A stretch of DNA of 64,000 nt. Source: Nymphaea colorata (Eukaryota). The notes beneath the pieces were generated by a model. The model was not told the origin of the DNA. It searched no databases and saw only the letters and a list, made by a program, of their open reading frames with translations. This document shows, piece by piece, positions 49,860-64,000 of the stretch. Numbering within the stretch: the first letter of the stretch is position 1; the number at the start of each line of letters is the position of its first letter. The DNA lies in the NCBI RefSeq assembly GCF_008831285.2, contig NC_045138.2, positions 8,866,001 through 8,930,000 of the forward strand. The letters run 5' to 3'. Both the position numbers and the translations under genes were made by a program.

Positions 49860-52800
49860 TGCTGCGGGGAGGACTTCTCCTCCCCCTGTTCAGCTCCCAC
49901 AATGCTAACCAGAGCCTTGCCGGTGGCCAGCTTGGCCAAAAAAAAAATGCATTGAATGCAATTTTTTTTGCAGTGGGGAGGCTACCGCCTCCTCCGTTTT
50001 TCAGGAAGGGAGCAGTGATGGCCTCCCTATTTCAAAAAAAATTGCCCTACGGGGCAAATTTCTTTTACTGGAGAGGCCATCGCCTCCCCTCTACAGCACC
50101 AGCGAAGCCCAGCAATCCATGGCTGTCGGCAACGCCTTGCCAAGCGTCGCCCATCGCCTGCCTGATTGCTCCTCATCTCAGCGTCGTTTCCTGTGACGTC
50201 ACCTCCCACCTGCTTGCCGGTTGCCGCTCCTATCGTCGGCTCCCATCTGCGACGTCACCTCCCATCTGCTCTGTCTGTCGTTGCCTGCTTCTCTCCTCAG
50301 TTCTTTGTCGCCCGACAGTGCTCTCTCGGCCGCCGCTGCCCCCAACTCTATCACCCGACAGCTCCCAACTTTGTCATTGCTGCTCCCAACTCTGTCACCC
50401 GACGGTGCCCTCTGTATCGCCAACTCTATAGTTGCCACTTCTTGTCGCTGCTACTCCTAGTCTACAGAGTTATCGTTCGCTCCTCTACAGCCACCCTGTG
50501 TCGCTCGTCCTGTTTAGACGTTAGGGACTGCCCAACACTATTCTGTCCATCACTCGACCCCACTGTCGCCTCCCTTGCCGTCGCCTGAGCTGCACGGGTC
50601 TGTTGGTTACTGCTCACTGTCGCCTTCTTGCTACAGCGGAGCTTAGTTTCAGTCATGGCTGTCTGTCCTCGTTTCTGCTCGTTCCTTCCTTCTGGTATCC
50701 TCTATTACTATTGTTGTGTGCTCTTTCTGCCCTTTGCATGCCTTCTCTTCTTGTGGTTGGTTGTTTTGCTGTTGTGAGATGGCTAAGTCATCCTTCTCTA
50801 CTGTGAACACTGGTCAGACTGAGGTTGGGGGTGTTAGAACTGAAAATATACATGTTCAGGTCACCACTATTTGTCTTACCAAAGAAAACTACCTTCTATG
50901 GTCCGCTGCTATCACCATGGGGAACGTAGGTCGAGACAAAATTGCTTATTTAAATGGGAGGAAGATTGAACCGGCTGAGACAAATGTTGCTTGGGACACA
51001 TGGTTTCTTGAGGACAACCAAGTTAAGACTTGGATTGTCAAATCTGTGTCCCTCGAGATTCAGCCCCTCATTCTTCGCAAGGGGACTGCGAGGGATATGT
51101 GGGTTATACTTGAGCAGATGTACGTCCAAAATAAGAAAGTGGCTCGAGTGTATCAATTGATAAAGGATGTCTATTCTCTATGGCAAGGTGAACGCTCTGC
51201 AGCAGATTTCTATGCAGTCTTGAAATCTAAGTGGAAGGAACTTGACTACTATTCTGATGACACTTGGGATTGTCCCCAAGATCAGGTGCGTCATCTAGCC
51301 AAGGAATGAGAGAATAGAGTATTCCTATTTTTAGCAGGGGCTAAATGATGACTTTGAGGGCATAAGGTGTCAAATCCTTAATTCTGACGGACTGCCTAGT
51401 ATTGAAGATGTTTACTCTCGTGTAGAGGCTGAAGAGCAAAGACGCATTGTTATTACTAGGAAAAAAGGGGATCACATCTTATATAATGAGAGGTCTGCCC
51501 TTGTTAGTTGGGGTCTTGTAGGAGCTGCCCGACCTCCTCGCAAGTACACTCACTGCAAGAAGACTGGACATATAGTGGATTTTTGTTGGCACCTCCATCC
51601 AGAAAAGAAGAATAGTTGAGGGAGACCTTCTAGTGGGAAGAAATCTATTTCTGATGCTACCAACTCTAGTGGTGGGAAAGCCTCTATCTCAGCTGAACAG
51701 ATTCATGAGCTCCGTGCATATCTAAGTCAGATTGATGTTGGTCAGGCTGAAGTGTCCGATGATGTGAAGGTTAACCATGCTCTGGCCGTTTCTGGTGAAA
51801 AAGGTAATTCTTGTATGGGATAATGGATTGTTGACAGTGATGTCACCCATCATATGACTGGCAATCCTCAACTCTTCCATGAGTATAAGCTATCTTTTGG
51901 AAAGGAATGTGTTTCTCTTGCCGATGGTTCTTTTACCTCTATGGCAGGAAAAAAGAGTCTTTCTTTGTTAAACAAATTTTTAGTGCATGGTTCCTTACAT
52001 GTTCCAAATCTTCCCTTGAATATTTTATCTGTCAGCAAGATTACAAAGGAGTTGAATTGTGAACTCATATCCTCTGCAAATAGTTATGTTTTGCAGGACT
52101 TGGTGACAGGGAAGAGGATTGAGATTGGTTAGGTGTCTGCAGGCTTATATCGACTTCCCATCTGTGTGGCCACAGCTCTTATCACAACGGTTAGCAGGAC
52201 AAACAAGAAGAGAGAAGATTGTCTCCAGTCGTGAATTAGATCTCGCTTAGATTCACCACCGGGGAAATCCTAGGGGTTGTGGAGAGGGCTGAAGATACTT
52301 TGTATACAGGCCGTACTCGTGATAGGATTTCAGTGCTCAACTAGTCATTCAATAGTAAATGGTTATCTGGCCCCCATAGAAGAAGGTAAGAAAAGAATTT
52401 TTCATTTTTCTGTGGTAACCCCCGCAATGTAGCAATGTAATAGGGTGTCTACCGATTGTTTGGACATCTCCTTTTTGTAGTTTTGAAACAGTTATTTCCT
52501 GAGTTATGTTCTAGTTTGGACATATCTATGATATCTTGTGAGGTATGTCAGTTTGCTAAACATGTTAGGGCTTCATACCTTGTTTCCAACAATCATACTA
52601 ATGAAGTTTTTTCATTGATCCATTTTGATGTGTGGGGGCCTTCAGAAATTCATACCCGTTGTGGTTTTCAGTGTTTTATAACTTTCATAGATGGTTGCTC
52701 AAGAAGTACCTTTGTTTACATGTTGAAAGATCGTAGCGAAGTGCCTCATGTCATAGAGACCTTCATTCTTCTTATGGAGAACTAATGTGGTGGTTCTGTT

Positions 52801-55548
52801 AAGACTTTTCAGTCTGATAATGCTCATGAGTATGTGTGTCAAACTGTTGAGGATTTTCTTCAGAAAAGGGGGATTGTTCATGAGACATCTTGCAGCTATA
52901 CCCCTCCTCAAAATGGGGTCGCTGAGAGGAAAAATTGTTAACTGCATAATGTCACCAGGGCCCTCTTGTTTCAAAGGAATCTTCCAAAACATTATTGGGG
53001 AGATGCTGTTCTCAATAGTGCATACTTGATTAACCGTATGCCTAGTCGTGTGCAAAAGGGGCAGACCCCCCCACTCTATGCTTCCAAGGAATCGTCAACC
53101 CTTTCACCTCCCTCCTCGTGTCTTTGGATGTGTTTACTTTATTCATGTTCACAACCCTAATATTAAAAAACTTGATCCAAGGTCAATTAAGGGAATATTT
53201 GTTGGGTATTCTCCCACTCAAAAGAGGTATAAATGTCTTAATCCTACCACTGGTCGTGTTTACATTACCAAGGATGTCACATTCTTGGAACATGTCTCTT
53301 ATTTTGGTGAGAATCCTCTTCAGGGGAAGAAGTCTACGTTAGGGGAAGAGTATTCTCTGAGTCAGGAAATTCAATTTACAGATTTCTTGGAGTACAAGCG
53401 GGAAGAGAGTCCACTGATTGTTGAGGTGCTTGAACATGAGAGGAATGGTGTTCTACTGGGGTGGAAGAGGAATATAATCGTTTGTTTGGCAAGGTGTACT
53501 CTAGGTGAAGAGTTTGTACAGATAAGGTAACTGATGGTGAGAATTCTACTCCTAATCCCAATGTCACTTCTTTTCTGGATGACCCAAGTTGTGCTTAGAA
53601 GAAACCTGTTGAAGAAGACATTCAGACAGAAACTGAAAATGAAGAGCTTCTCATTGCCGTGAGAAATGGTGTTAGGTCATGTACTCAACACCCTATTAGT
53701 AACTTTGTGTCATATTCTAGACTGAGCATGGATTACAAATGTTTTGTATCATCTCTTTCTTTGGTTGTGATTCCCAGGACTGTTACAGAGGCTCAGAGTG
53801 ATCCCAAATGGACTCATGCTATGCAAGAATAGATGGAAGCCTTGAGCAGAAACCAGACATGGGAAGTGATAGGGATCCCTGAAGCGGCTCTCATCTGGTT
53901 GGATCCAAGTGGGTCTACACCATTAAGTACAAACCAGATGAGAATGTTGAGAGGTACAAAGCTCACCTGGTTGCCAAGGGGTTTAGTCAGAAATATAAAA
54001 TTGACTACTTGGAGATTTTTGCTCCCGTTGAAAAGATGAAGACTGTTAGAATTATCATTTCTCTAGAGTGTTGAAGGAGTGGAAGTTGTACCAACCTGAC
54101 GTTAAAAATGCATTTTCTCAACGGAGATCTTGAAGAAGTGTATATGTGTATGCCTCCAGGATATGAGAAACCAGGAAAGTACTGCAAACTAAAGAAAGCT
54201 TTATATGGGCTCAAGCAGTCTCCCCGAGCATGGTTTGAATGTCTTAGATTAATGATGAGACAACACAGCTACATTCAAGGTAATGAAGATCACACTCTAT
54301 TTGTAAAAAAGAATGAAGGTAAGGTTACTCTTCTATTGGTCTATGTTGATGATATGATTGTTACAGGTAATGATGAAGATGAGATAACAAAACTAAAGGG
54401 TTTACTGGCTGCCGAATTTGATCTCAAAGACCTTGGAAAACTAAGATATTTTATGGGTATTGAAATTGCTAGGTCAGGAACAACTCTTATGTTGAATCAA
54501 AGGAAGTATACCTTGGATTTATTGAAGGAGACTAGAAAAGTATGGTGTAGACTGGCTTCTACTCCTCTTGATGCAGGACACAAACTCAGTATTAAGGACA
54601 GAGAACCTCTTTGTGAAGAGGCTAAGGGGAGGTATCAACATCTGGTTAGAAGATTGATCTACCTCACTCTAACTAGACTTGATATCACCTTTGCTGTGAA
54701 TGTGATGAGTTAGTTCATGCATGCATCTACAGATGCTCACTTGAAGGGTATCGACAGAATCTTGTGCTACTTGAAAAGGAATCCTGGCAAGGGGCTTCTA
54801 TATGTAAAACAAGGGCCTATTGAGATTGAGGGGTATTCAGATGCAGACTGGGCTGGCTGTGTTGATACTAGAAGATCTACTTCACGGTACTGCATCTACT
54901 TGGGAGGAAATCTTGTTGTTTGGAGGAACAAGAGGCAAGATGTTTGTTCCCGTTCAAGTGCAGAGGCCGAATATAGGGCAGTTGCTATGGGAATGTATTA
55001 CTGTAGCTAAAAGTGTTGTTGTCTGACATTGAAATAGAGACTGAATGACCTATGAAGATGTATTGTGATAACAAGTCTGCTATCAGTCTGGCCAACAACC
55101 CTGTGTTGCATGACCGAACACAACATATCGAGATTGACTGCCACTTTATCCAAGAGAGGATTGATGCCAGAGAGTTGATTCTACCTTATATGAAGTCTGA
55201 AGACCAAGCTGTTGATATTCTGACTAAAGCCTTACCTTTGACTCAGTTTGAGAGGAGCGTATCCAAGTTGGGCATGTTCGATATGTATGCCCAACTTGAG
55301 GGGGAGTGTTGACATATGTTGTATTTGGGTCATCTATCTGGGTCTAGATCTGGACCCGATCCAGTGTGTTATGTTATGACCCTACTTAACCTGTGTAAAC
55401 CGTAATTTTTAGTGTGTGAATGAAATTCTAAGAGAGAGAAAGAGTCTAGCTGTTAGTGGGCACCGGTCCTCCTCACCAGTGGTTTTTTCCCTCTTGTTGA
55501 GGAGTTTTCCATGTTACAATGTGTCTGTCTCTTGTTTTTGTTTCCACA
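49860..55548 (+). mobile_element. Degenerate Ty1/Copia (element F), same family as E; 5' LTR/PBS not found
   Basis: gag from ~50779, PR, INT, RT (LVYVDDMIVTG) and RNase H with stops; PPT then a 3' LTR at 55307-~55548 resembling the E LTR. 5' boundary approximate. Confidence 0.88.
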
Positions 55549-55805
55549 ATAAGATAATGAGATAACGAACCAATGGATGTATGAGATAACGTCAAACATA
55601 AGTATGAAATAATGTTTATGAATTAACAAAAGATTTATGAGATAATAAGATAACAGATGGATGTATGAGATAACGCTAAACATAAGTATAAGATAATGTT
55701 CATAAGATAATTAAATATTTATGAGATAATGGACAGATGTATGAGATAATGCTAACCATAAGTATGAGATAATATTTATGAGATAATAAAATATTTATGT
55801 GATAA
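55549..55805. repeat. GAGATAA-rich minisatellite, about 3 degenerate units of 80-90 bp, resuming after the Gypsy at 60881
   Basis: Recurring GATGTATGAGATAA...CATAAGTAT...TTTATG. Confidence 0.8.
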
Positions 55806-58800
55806 TGTTAGCCTCGTTGGCCAACGATCACTACAACTGCTCGTTGTAGCACTCACACACACAGTCACAAGAAGTCCAGCTCTTCTTCACATCAATAATA
55901 ACTTCATTAGGGTTTGCTCATAAGAGGGTTTAAGTACATGACGTGCTGGGTTGGGTTGCTCACTCTAACCAGACCCGACCTGGAACAAAAGAAATTATTT
56001 AAGCAAAAAACACCTGAAACTGTTAACGACAATTAAAAGAAACTGAAAAAAAACTGAAATAACTTGTGCCTAACAATTTCCCCTCCTTCAGCACCACCTT
56101 GTCCTCAAGGTGCAAAATTTGGAAAGCGATTAATAATGTCTTCAGCCTTTTCCCATGTCGCTATGCCCTCCTTAATATTCTTCCACTCTATTAACCACTC
56201 AACCGATTTCGAGCCCTCTTGATTGATCGTACGCATGCCAAGTCGACGGAAAGGAACAGCCTTGGTTTGATCTTCGTTGATGGGCCCTTCGATTATGTCT
56301 TCTTCAGTCGGTGGTTGGGGGCACGACTTAAGCTTTGAGACATGAAAAACAAGATGTATATTATTTTCAGCTGGCAGTAGCAACTCGTAAGCATGAGGAC
56401 CAACACACCTGATGATGCAAAATGGGCCAACATAGCGGGGGGCGAGTTTGTTGTACCCTCGTGGTTGATGCCGTGCTGCGCGGGTCGGCCTGCATAAGTA
56501 CACCCATTCGTCAACCTTGTACTGTTGGTCCCGGTGTCTGCGGTTGTATTGGATCACCATTCGGTTGCGCGCTGCTGCGATGTGTGTTTTTAGATCTCCC
56601 AGAATAGAGTCCCTACAGCGGAGCTGAGTGTCCACTGATTCTTCTCTCATTGTGTTAGGCTGGTATCGACGTATAGTGGGAGGGGGACGCCCATACACCA
56701 CCTCAAATGGTGTGACACTGGTCGATGAATGCCAACAGGTGTTGTATGAGAATTCAGCTCATGATAGATATTCTGCCCATAGGCGTGGACGTTGCCCTAC
56801 AAAACAGCATAAGTAAGTCTCAAGGCACCTGTGTCTAACCGTCAGTTTGTGGATGGTAAGTTGTGGTCAATTGTAACTTCGTGCCCTATAACTGAAAATA
56901 TTCCCTCCAGAAGGCACTGATAAAGATGGGATCTCTATCACTGGTTATCGACCTGGGCATGTCATGTAGCTTCCTAATGTGATCTTGGAAAGCATGAGCG
57001 ACGATCTTGGCTGAATATGGATGTGATAAGGGTACAAAGTGTGCACATTTCGATAGGCGGTCCACCACTACCAAGATAACAAACTTTTCCTGGGATGATG
57101 GCAGACCTTCTATGAAGTCCAACGATATGTCTTCCCATATAAGCTCTGGCGTGGGTAGTGGAAGAAGCAATCCGGCTGGTTTCATCGTTTCATATTTGTT
57201 CTTTTGGCATATGTCGCATCCCTTTACAAGATCGGTGATGGCTCTTTTCATTCCTGGCCAATAAAAGGTAGGTCGTAGTCAACGATAAGTACCCTTCACG
57301 CCTTCATGACCGGCCGTTTGCTCATTATGATAATGTTGTATAGGGGTTTGCGGCAAGGTGGACTCGGGCGGAATAAAGTTGCGTCCGCTGCGATATAGGT
57401 ATGGTGATTTCCACTCGTACCCATACACTCTAAGGGGATTCTTCTCCATCTCATCTCTAATCTTCTTTATTGTGGCGGCTCTTTCTTGCGCTTGTCGAAT
57501 CTCATCCCATAGGTGGGCCTGCACTTGTGAAATGGCAAATAAACTACTAACCTGCTGGTCGTGTGAGCGGGACAGCCCATCTGCTACTGTGTTTTCTTTC
57601 CCTTTGCGATAGCAGACCTTGAAGTCAAAGCTCATCAATTTTAGCATCCATTTTTGCATTGATGACGATAGGGTGGACGGCTTCAGGCAATGTTGGAGAC
57701 TACAGTGGTCGGTTAAGACAAGAAACTGTTGCCCCAAGAGATAGTGCTTCCATTTGAGTACGACAAGGACTATGGTGATCACCTCTCGTTCGTAAGCAGA
57801 TTTACTTGCAAACGCAGAACCCATTGCTCGACTGAAATAAGCGATGGGATGTCGCTCTTGGCTTAGCACCACACCCACGCCCGAATCAGATGCATCTGAC
57901 TCGACTGTAAACGGAAGTTGAAAATTAGGCATCTGCAAAACCGGGGCTGTAGTCACTACCTCTTTGAGTTGTTGGAATGCTTACTCGGCCTGAACACTCC
58001 ATGCAAAACGGCCCTTCTTGGTTAGTGTCGTGAGAGGTGCTGCGATAAGGCCGTAGTTTCTGACAAACTTACGGTAGTAGCCCGTGAGTCCAAGGAACGT
58101 GCGCAACTCGCGCACGGTTCTAGGTGTACCCCAACCTTGCACCGCCTGGATTTTTTCTTGTTCCATGCTCACCTTCCCGCGGCTGATCACATGTCCTAGA
58201 TAGGAGATCTTGGACGTGCCAAAAACGCATTTGGAGAGTTTGGCCTGTAGCTTATGTTGTTTCAAGGCTATTAGCACCGTTCGTAAGTGGTGGAGATGTT
58301 CTCACTCTCCCTTGCTGTAAATCAAAATGTCATAAAAAAAATCAATACGAACCTTCGTAAGAAAGGGCAAACACATCGTTCATCAGTGATTGAAAGGTGG
58401 AAGGCGCGTTCATCAGCCCGAAGGGCATGACCGTGAACTCGTAGTGCCCGCCGTGCGTGTGGAAGGTGGTCTTAGGACTGTCGTCCTTCACCATACAGAT
58501 TTGATGATACCCGGAGCATAGATCTAATTTGGAGAAGACGCATGCCTCATTCAGCTCATCCAATAAGTCTTCCACAATGGGAATCAGGTACCTGTCCTTG
58601 ATGGTGATGGCGTTCAATGCACGATAATCCATGCAGAAACACTAACTTCCGTCTTTCTTTTTGACAAGCAAAGCAGGCGAAGCAAAGGGGCTACGGCTAG
58701 GCTGAATTACACCTGCTTCCAACATCACTTGCACAAGTTCTTCGAGGGTTTCTCATTGTATCCGGCTATAGCGGTAGGGTCAAGATTTGATAGGTTCGGT

Positions 58801-60880
58801 CCCCAGCTGTAATTCGATGCGGTGTTCATATCCTCTTTCTGGTGGTAGCGCCTTAGGCGTGCTAAAAACTGACCCAAACTCTTATAGCATTTCCTGCAGT
58901 GTGCTCTTAAATGCTTCGGAGCCGAATTGGACCTCTTTTTCTTCCTTTTGTGCCTGCACGTGAGTGGTTAGTAGGAGAAAAGAAGTGGACGGTCCCTTCA
59001 TCAGGCGGACAGCTGGTTTTTTCGAGCACGGTTGTCTAGGGCTCGCCTCCAATGTAATTCTTTCATTCGCGGGCCCTTTAATCTGCGTTTTCATGCCCAC
59101 AAAATCTCATACCACTTCTCCCAATTTACGCAGCCACTGGATGCCTAAGACCAGGTCAGCTTCCGCCATGGCTAAAATGTATAACTGTACAGGGAAGTGA
59201 AAACCTTGGATCTCTAACCTTTCCATCTGGCACTTACCCCTGCACCTCAGGGTACTCCCGTCTCCTACTACCACTTCAAAGGAGGGTTGCACCTCCATAT
59301 GGCAGCCTAGGGCTTGGGCAGATTTCTCACAAATGAAATTGTGAGTCGAGCCCATGTCGATCAGCAGGCTGACTTGCCGGCCTCGTAACTTGCCTTCCAT
59401 ACGCATGAGATGGGGAACCTCATTTCCAGCCAACGCGTGCAACAAAATTTCAGGTACTGTCTAGTTTTCCACCTCTTCAGGTTCCATAGGCATGGGCAGA
59501 ATCGCCTCAGCCTCGAGTGGTTTGTCGCTCTCCTCGACTAGATACATGTGTAGGCGTCCGCAGTTATGCCCTGGAACGTACGGCTGATCACAGTGAAAAC
59601 ATTGGTTCAGTCGTCTCTTCTCCTTGATTTGTTCGGGTGTCAATCGTCTCACCACTTGGCGCGGCTCGACTCCCTTCTGATTTTTCCCTGGGGCCGGTGG
59701 GAAGACGTCAGATTTCGGCTTCTCTAGCGGGCTGGTTTGTGCGTCCGACCACACCTTATGGAAGGTCTCTCGTGGGCTGGTCCTCACGTCCTGCCACATC
59801 CTGCTAAAAATGCCCCAAGCGAACATGTGTAGCCCGTTCGTTTTTCTCTTCCACCGTGCGGGCTAAATCGAAGCAGTCCCTCAATGTTTGTGGCTTCATG
59901 GCTTGAACTTCAATGTGTATTTCATCCTTCAAACCTGGTAGGAACGTGCCTATGAGGGCTGGAAGGGGCCATCCAAGCACCATATTCATCAATGCCTCAA
60001 AATTTTCCTGGTACTCCAACACCGTACCCGATTGTTTAATGCGCGATAACTCTACATTGTAGTCGAGATATGCCGACGGCCCAAAGCGCACCATGAGCTC
60101 TTTCACCAATGTCATCCAGTCTGGTCTCCCTTGCTGCGACACCAATGAACGAAACCAACGCACCGCCGCCCCTTCAAAATAAACCGTCGCGTGACGCACT
60201 CTTTCGTCACCCACGATTCCCTGGCAATTGAAATATTGTTCGGCGTGGAACACCCAACTGATCGGATCGTCTCCCGAAAACCATGGAAAATCCATCTTCG
60301 CTGGGTGCCAGATTGCGCCCCCATTCCTTGGCAAATCCTATCCCCTGCACTCGTCTGACTGGATCTGATCTGAATCAAGCGATTGCTGCCGGGAACCTTG
60401 TTGCAGGCTTTCTCGCAAGAGTGCCGACATCGCCTGCTGCTCCACCAACATGGCCTCCAATCTTGCGTCCACAGTGCTCAAGTGTTGATCCATCCCATGC
60501 ATCCGCCCTTCTAGGCCGCCGATCACCATATCCACTTGATTTTGGTGTTGTTCCACCGCTGCCATGGCACGCGTGGTGACTCTCTCCACCATGATCAATG
60601 TGGCGCTCTGATACCTTGTTAGCCTCGTTGGCCAACGATCACTACAACTGCTCGTTGTAGCACTCACAGACACAGCCGCAAGAAGCCCAGCTCCTCTTCA
60701 CGTCAATAATAACTTCATTAGGGTGTGCTTACCTCATAAGAAGGTTTAAGTACATGACGTGCTGGGTTGGGTTACACACTCTAACCAGACCCAACCCGGA
60801 AAAAAAGAAATTATTTAAGCAAAAAACACCTGAAACTGTTAACGACAATTAAAAGAAACTGAAATAATTTGCGCCTAACA
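55806..60880 (-). mobile_element. Ty3/Gypsy chromovirus (Reina-like by size), full length, decayed
   Basis: LTRs at 55806-56075 and 60617-60880; TSD GATAA; PBS AGGTATCAGAGC; PPT; order gag, protease (LIDMGSTHNF), RT ([13 protein letters not shown]), RNase H (VESDAS), integrase, chromodomain (EWLIEWKN...ATWE); stops and frameshifts. Confidence 0.95.
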
Positions 60881-61247
60881 GATAATGAGATAACGCTATA
60901 AGCGAGGCAAAAAAAGTGTTTTTTTACTGCTTAAAGGGTTATATTGGTCATAATAATATATATTATCATACTGACAAATTTTACCTTTATTGAATCCCCA
61001 AATTTTCTTTTTGTGGTTTTCATATTTGTCTCTATATAAAGTTTTTTTTTTTTTGTATTAATCATGGGCATCTTTTGTCATTATTGAAATGGTGTATGAA
61101 ATTGCACACATAGGCACTACATATATAACCAGCTTTGATCTGGCGAAGGCCCGACACCGATTGTTGTTTTTTTTTTTATTTTTTTAAATCAATAAGAGCG
61201 TCCAATCAAAAAGATTGAACACTTAGTATCGAGCATACCCCACATAT

Positions 61248-61357
<110 letters not shown>

Positions 61358-61838
61358 GGCTTCCTCCCAATCAGTATTTCAAAAAATAAATTGAGCAAAA
61401 TTGTCACATGGTTTTTTATTGTGCAAAATGAGGCCAACCATCTTTCTTTCTTTGTTCCTTTCCCTCTTAACCTTCTGATATTAGCAATCAGTGAAATTTG
61501 GTCCCCGCTCCTTTTAAATCTAACCAAGAGATGACTAAGATCCAATGAATTTGATTATTGGACAATAGCTAAATTAGAACACGGTAAGAGTTATGGTTAA
61601 GAATAAAGAACAAATTGTTGCTTCAACAATTATAGGAATAGTTAAGTGAAGGGAGACCTTGTCTTACCTCTGTACGTTATACTTCTTAAGGTAAGGACAC
61701 AGTGGTCCGAAGTGTCAAATGGTGAAGCATGTATGGATGAATTATTCAATATTTTATACATAGGCAAGTGGTCCTTTTGCTTTGCAGTTCGACTCCCATG
61801 ATCCTACACATAGGCAGAGCCAAGATTTGCTTCTGCAG

Positions 61839-62090
61839 GCTTATTCACCATTAGGTTCACCAGGTACAACATGGCTGAAGAGTGATGTTCTAAAGAACCC
61901 AGTAACCCAGTGTTTACTATGATTGCTGAAAAAATAGGCAAGACACTACCACAAGGGACTTTGCTTTGGGGACTACGAACTGGCCAGAGTGTGCTGTCAA
62001 CAAGTACTAATGGAGCCAGGATAAAGAAAAGTTTTCATATATTGGGTTGGCCTATCCTAGATGACCTGTTCTCTAAATTCTCTAGAAAGT
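61839..62090 (+). pseudogene. Isolated exon of an aldo-keto reductase (AKR4C-like)
   Basis: After acceptor [29 protein letters not shown], an 8-bp duplication frameshift (AACCCAGT x2), then IAEKIGKT...LWGLRTGQSVLSTSTNGARIK...DDLFSKFS. Confidence 0.85.
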
Positions 62091-63449
62091 TGACGGTCGT
62101 GCCTAATTTATTGCATGCATCCCAAAAGAATAACATAGTAGGTTAAAATCATGTCCATATTCACTCTCGAATCCTTCATATACTATATATTTCAAGAATA
62201 ACAACAATAATATGGAGACACTAACCTTGTCGAGGACAATTCTCTAACAGAAAAGCATTGTTGTTTGTGGGTGAAGTCACCCGATCCCTCGTGCGTAGAC
62301 TTGCATTATGATCTGAGTTACTCACAGGGTACTTTACTGATGTAAGAAAACGTTTTTGAAGCTAATTAAAAGGATGAAGAAGCAGGGCAGGCAAGAGAAT
62401 GCTGGGTCTTTAAGCAAAAAGCAGAATTGATGAGATGATCAGAACTTTCAATACTAGAAACAGAGAAATCACATTCTTCTCCCTAACAAAGTGAGGAGAG
62501 ATAGTGTGCACCTCAGGTTCTGATGAACGAAGGCAAGATGGAAAGTATTGTCTAACGGTGATCTCTGGTTGTTCCTCTAAGATTGAGTGTCTACCTCACA
62601 ATCCAATGGCAGATCAAGAATGCAGCACCGATTGAGCTTTTCATGAGAGGTTTATGTGAAATGCCAACGTCAATGATCAATGCAGTAGTGATCAGCATCC
62701 CCAGCTAAGGTTGGCTATGAACGTCGGCGTCAACCAGAGCAAGGAAAGAAAAGGAGCTTTGAGGGAAAGCAAAGAAGGAAAGGAAAAAAAAAGGAAACAC
62801 GCGGGAGATTAATAAAGGGAATTTTTGCGGGTACAGTTTCTAATGCAAGAGCAAGCTGTGTTTGTAAATTCCAGCGCGTCTCCAATGTGCACATACACAC
62901 GAGCCTTTACCCTAACCCATGGCGAGTTCATTTGGGATGGCAGGGGGTTTATTTGAAACTTTGGGTTCTTTTTTGAAGCAGAATGCAGACGCATTTGGGA
63001 AAATTAGGGCATCGCTTTCTCTAACGCAAGCTTGAGATGCGTTTGGTAAATTATTGAGCCTACCTATTCCCTAACACAGACCCCATCTCTGTCACTAAAG
63101 TTCAGCCTTATCTAGGATTCCACACCAGATACAGCCAATGCGTTGCAGAAGACTCTTCTCTAACGCAACTTGAAACTTGTGTTTCAGAAACCTGGACTCA
63201 ACTCTGATGGGTTACTAATACTATATATTATAATTGTCGTAGCGTCGGTAAACACCCAAGTCTCCACACCACAATGTTAAACCATAAGCACCACAAAGTT
63301 CGCAAGGAACTTGGAGATAAACTTATATAAGGAATTGTGCAGCACTATGGGTAGAACTCTTGAATTCTGATGGCACCATTCTTTTTAGGAAAAAGGAGAT
63401 AATATGTGTCTGATTAACCTTCCTAACAATCCTTCATGTACAAAGGAAT

Positions 63450-64000
63450 ATATCCATGACATGCCAAGGTTTTATTCAACAATCTCCTAATGATATTGAT
63501 AGATTACAACTTGCATTTATTGAAACTTCAAAATATTTTGTCAATGTTCATAAATTTTTTGAGCAGTTGACGTGCGTAATTAATGTTGTTAGTGCAAGTA
63601 GTAAATGTAATGGTGAATTGCATGAAGCTCAAACAATTGAAATTGCATAAAAAATTATTATTGATGAACGTGAAACAGGGAGATGACTTAATCAAATTGG
63701 AACAATATAACAACCTGGAGATACTCGATGGTGATCTTATTTTTCTTGTGTATAGTTTGATAAAAATGTTTGATAAAAAATAGTGGATTGACATATTAAA
63801 TACGTGGTGAAAGTAATTCTTTATACAAAATGTTTACATCATTTGAATTTGTATTTATTTTGCACATGGTATGAGAAATTTTGGGACAGGATACTACTCT
63901 TTGTCAAGTATTGCAATGGCAGAGACAACTCATTTTAAATGCAATGACTATGGTTTACATTGCAAATGAATTTCTACAATAACTTAGAGAGATTAAATAA
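63450..64000 (+). pseudogene. Decayed hAT transposase fragment (ZMYM1-like/Tip100 type)
   Basis: RLQLAFIETSK...FFEQLTCVINVVSASSK...ETGR*LNQIGT...PGDTRW; stops; runs off the window. Confidence 0.75.

Overview
Angiosperm nuclear DNA, dominated by nested transposons around one intact host gene, an intronless PUT/LAT polyamine transporter (17777-19402, +). Boundaries were resolved by eye from LTRs/TIRs and target-site duplications (TSDs). Retroelements: three young copies of one Ty1/Copia family (A 315-5473; B 26810-30589, gag deleted; C 39334-43776, integrase deleted in frame), two copies of a second Copia family (E 5757-7907; F ~49860-55548), two older Copia hosts (H; D 32371-46133 with TG...TA LTRs), a chromodomain Gypsy (55806-60880), a TRIM, and a LINE split over ~24 kb. 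DNA elements: several hAT elements/MITEs and CACTA ends. Most notable: (1) a non-autonomous hAT (23984-31884) carrying NAD-isocitrate dehydrogenase and bacterial-type PEP carboxylase exon fragments whose splice sites would join in frame; (2) a CACTA terminus at 47471 followed by UBC23/PHO2-like and AUX1/LAX fragments, with an AKR4C exon further on; (3) a 21-bp TG...CA insert with a perfect 5-bp TSD; (4) a protease-spanning, Gag-truncating intron conserved in two Copia families. Protein identities are from recognition of motifs; no database search was run.
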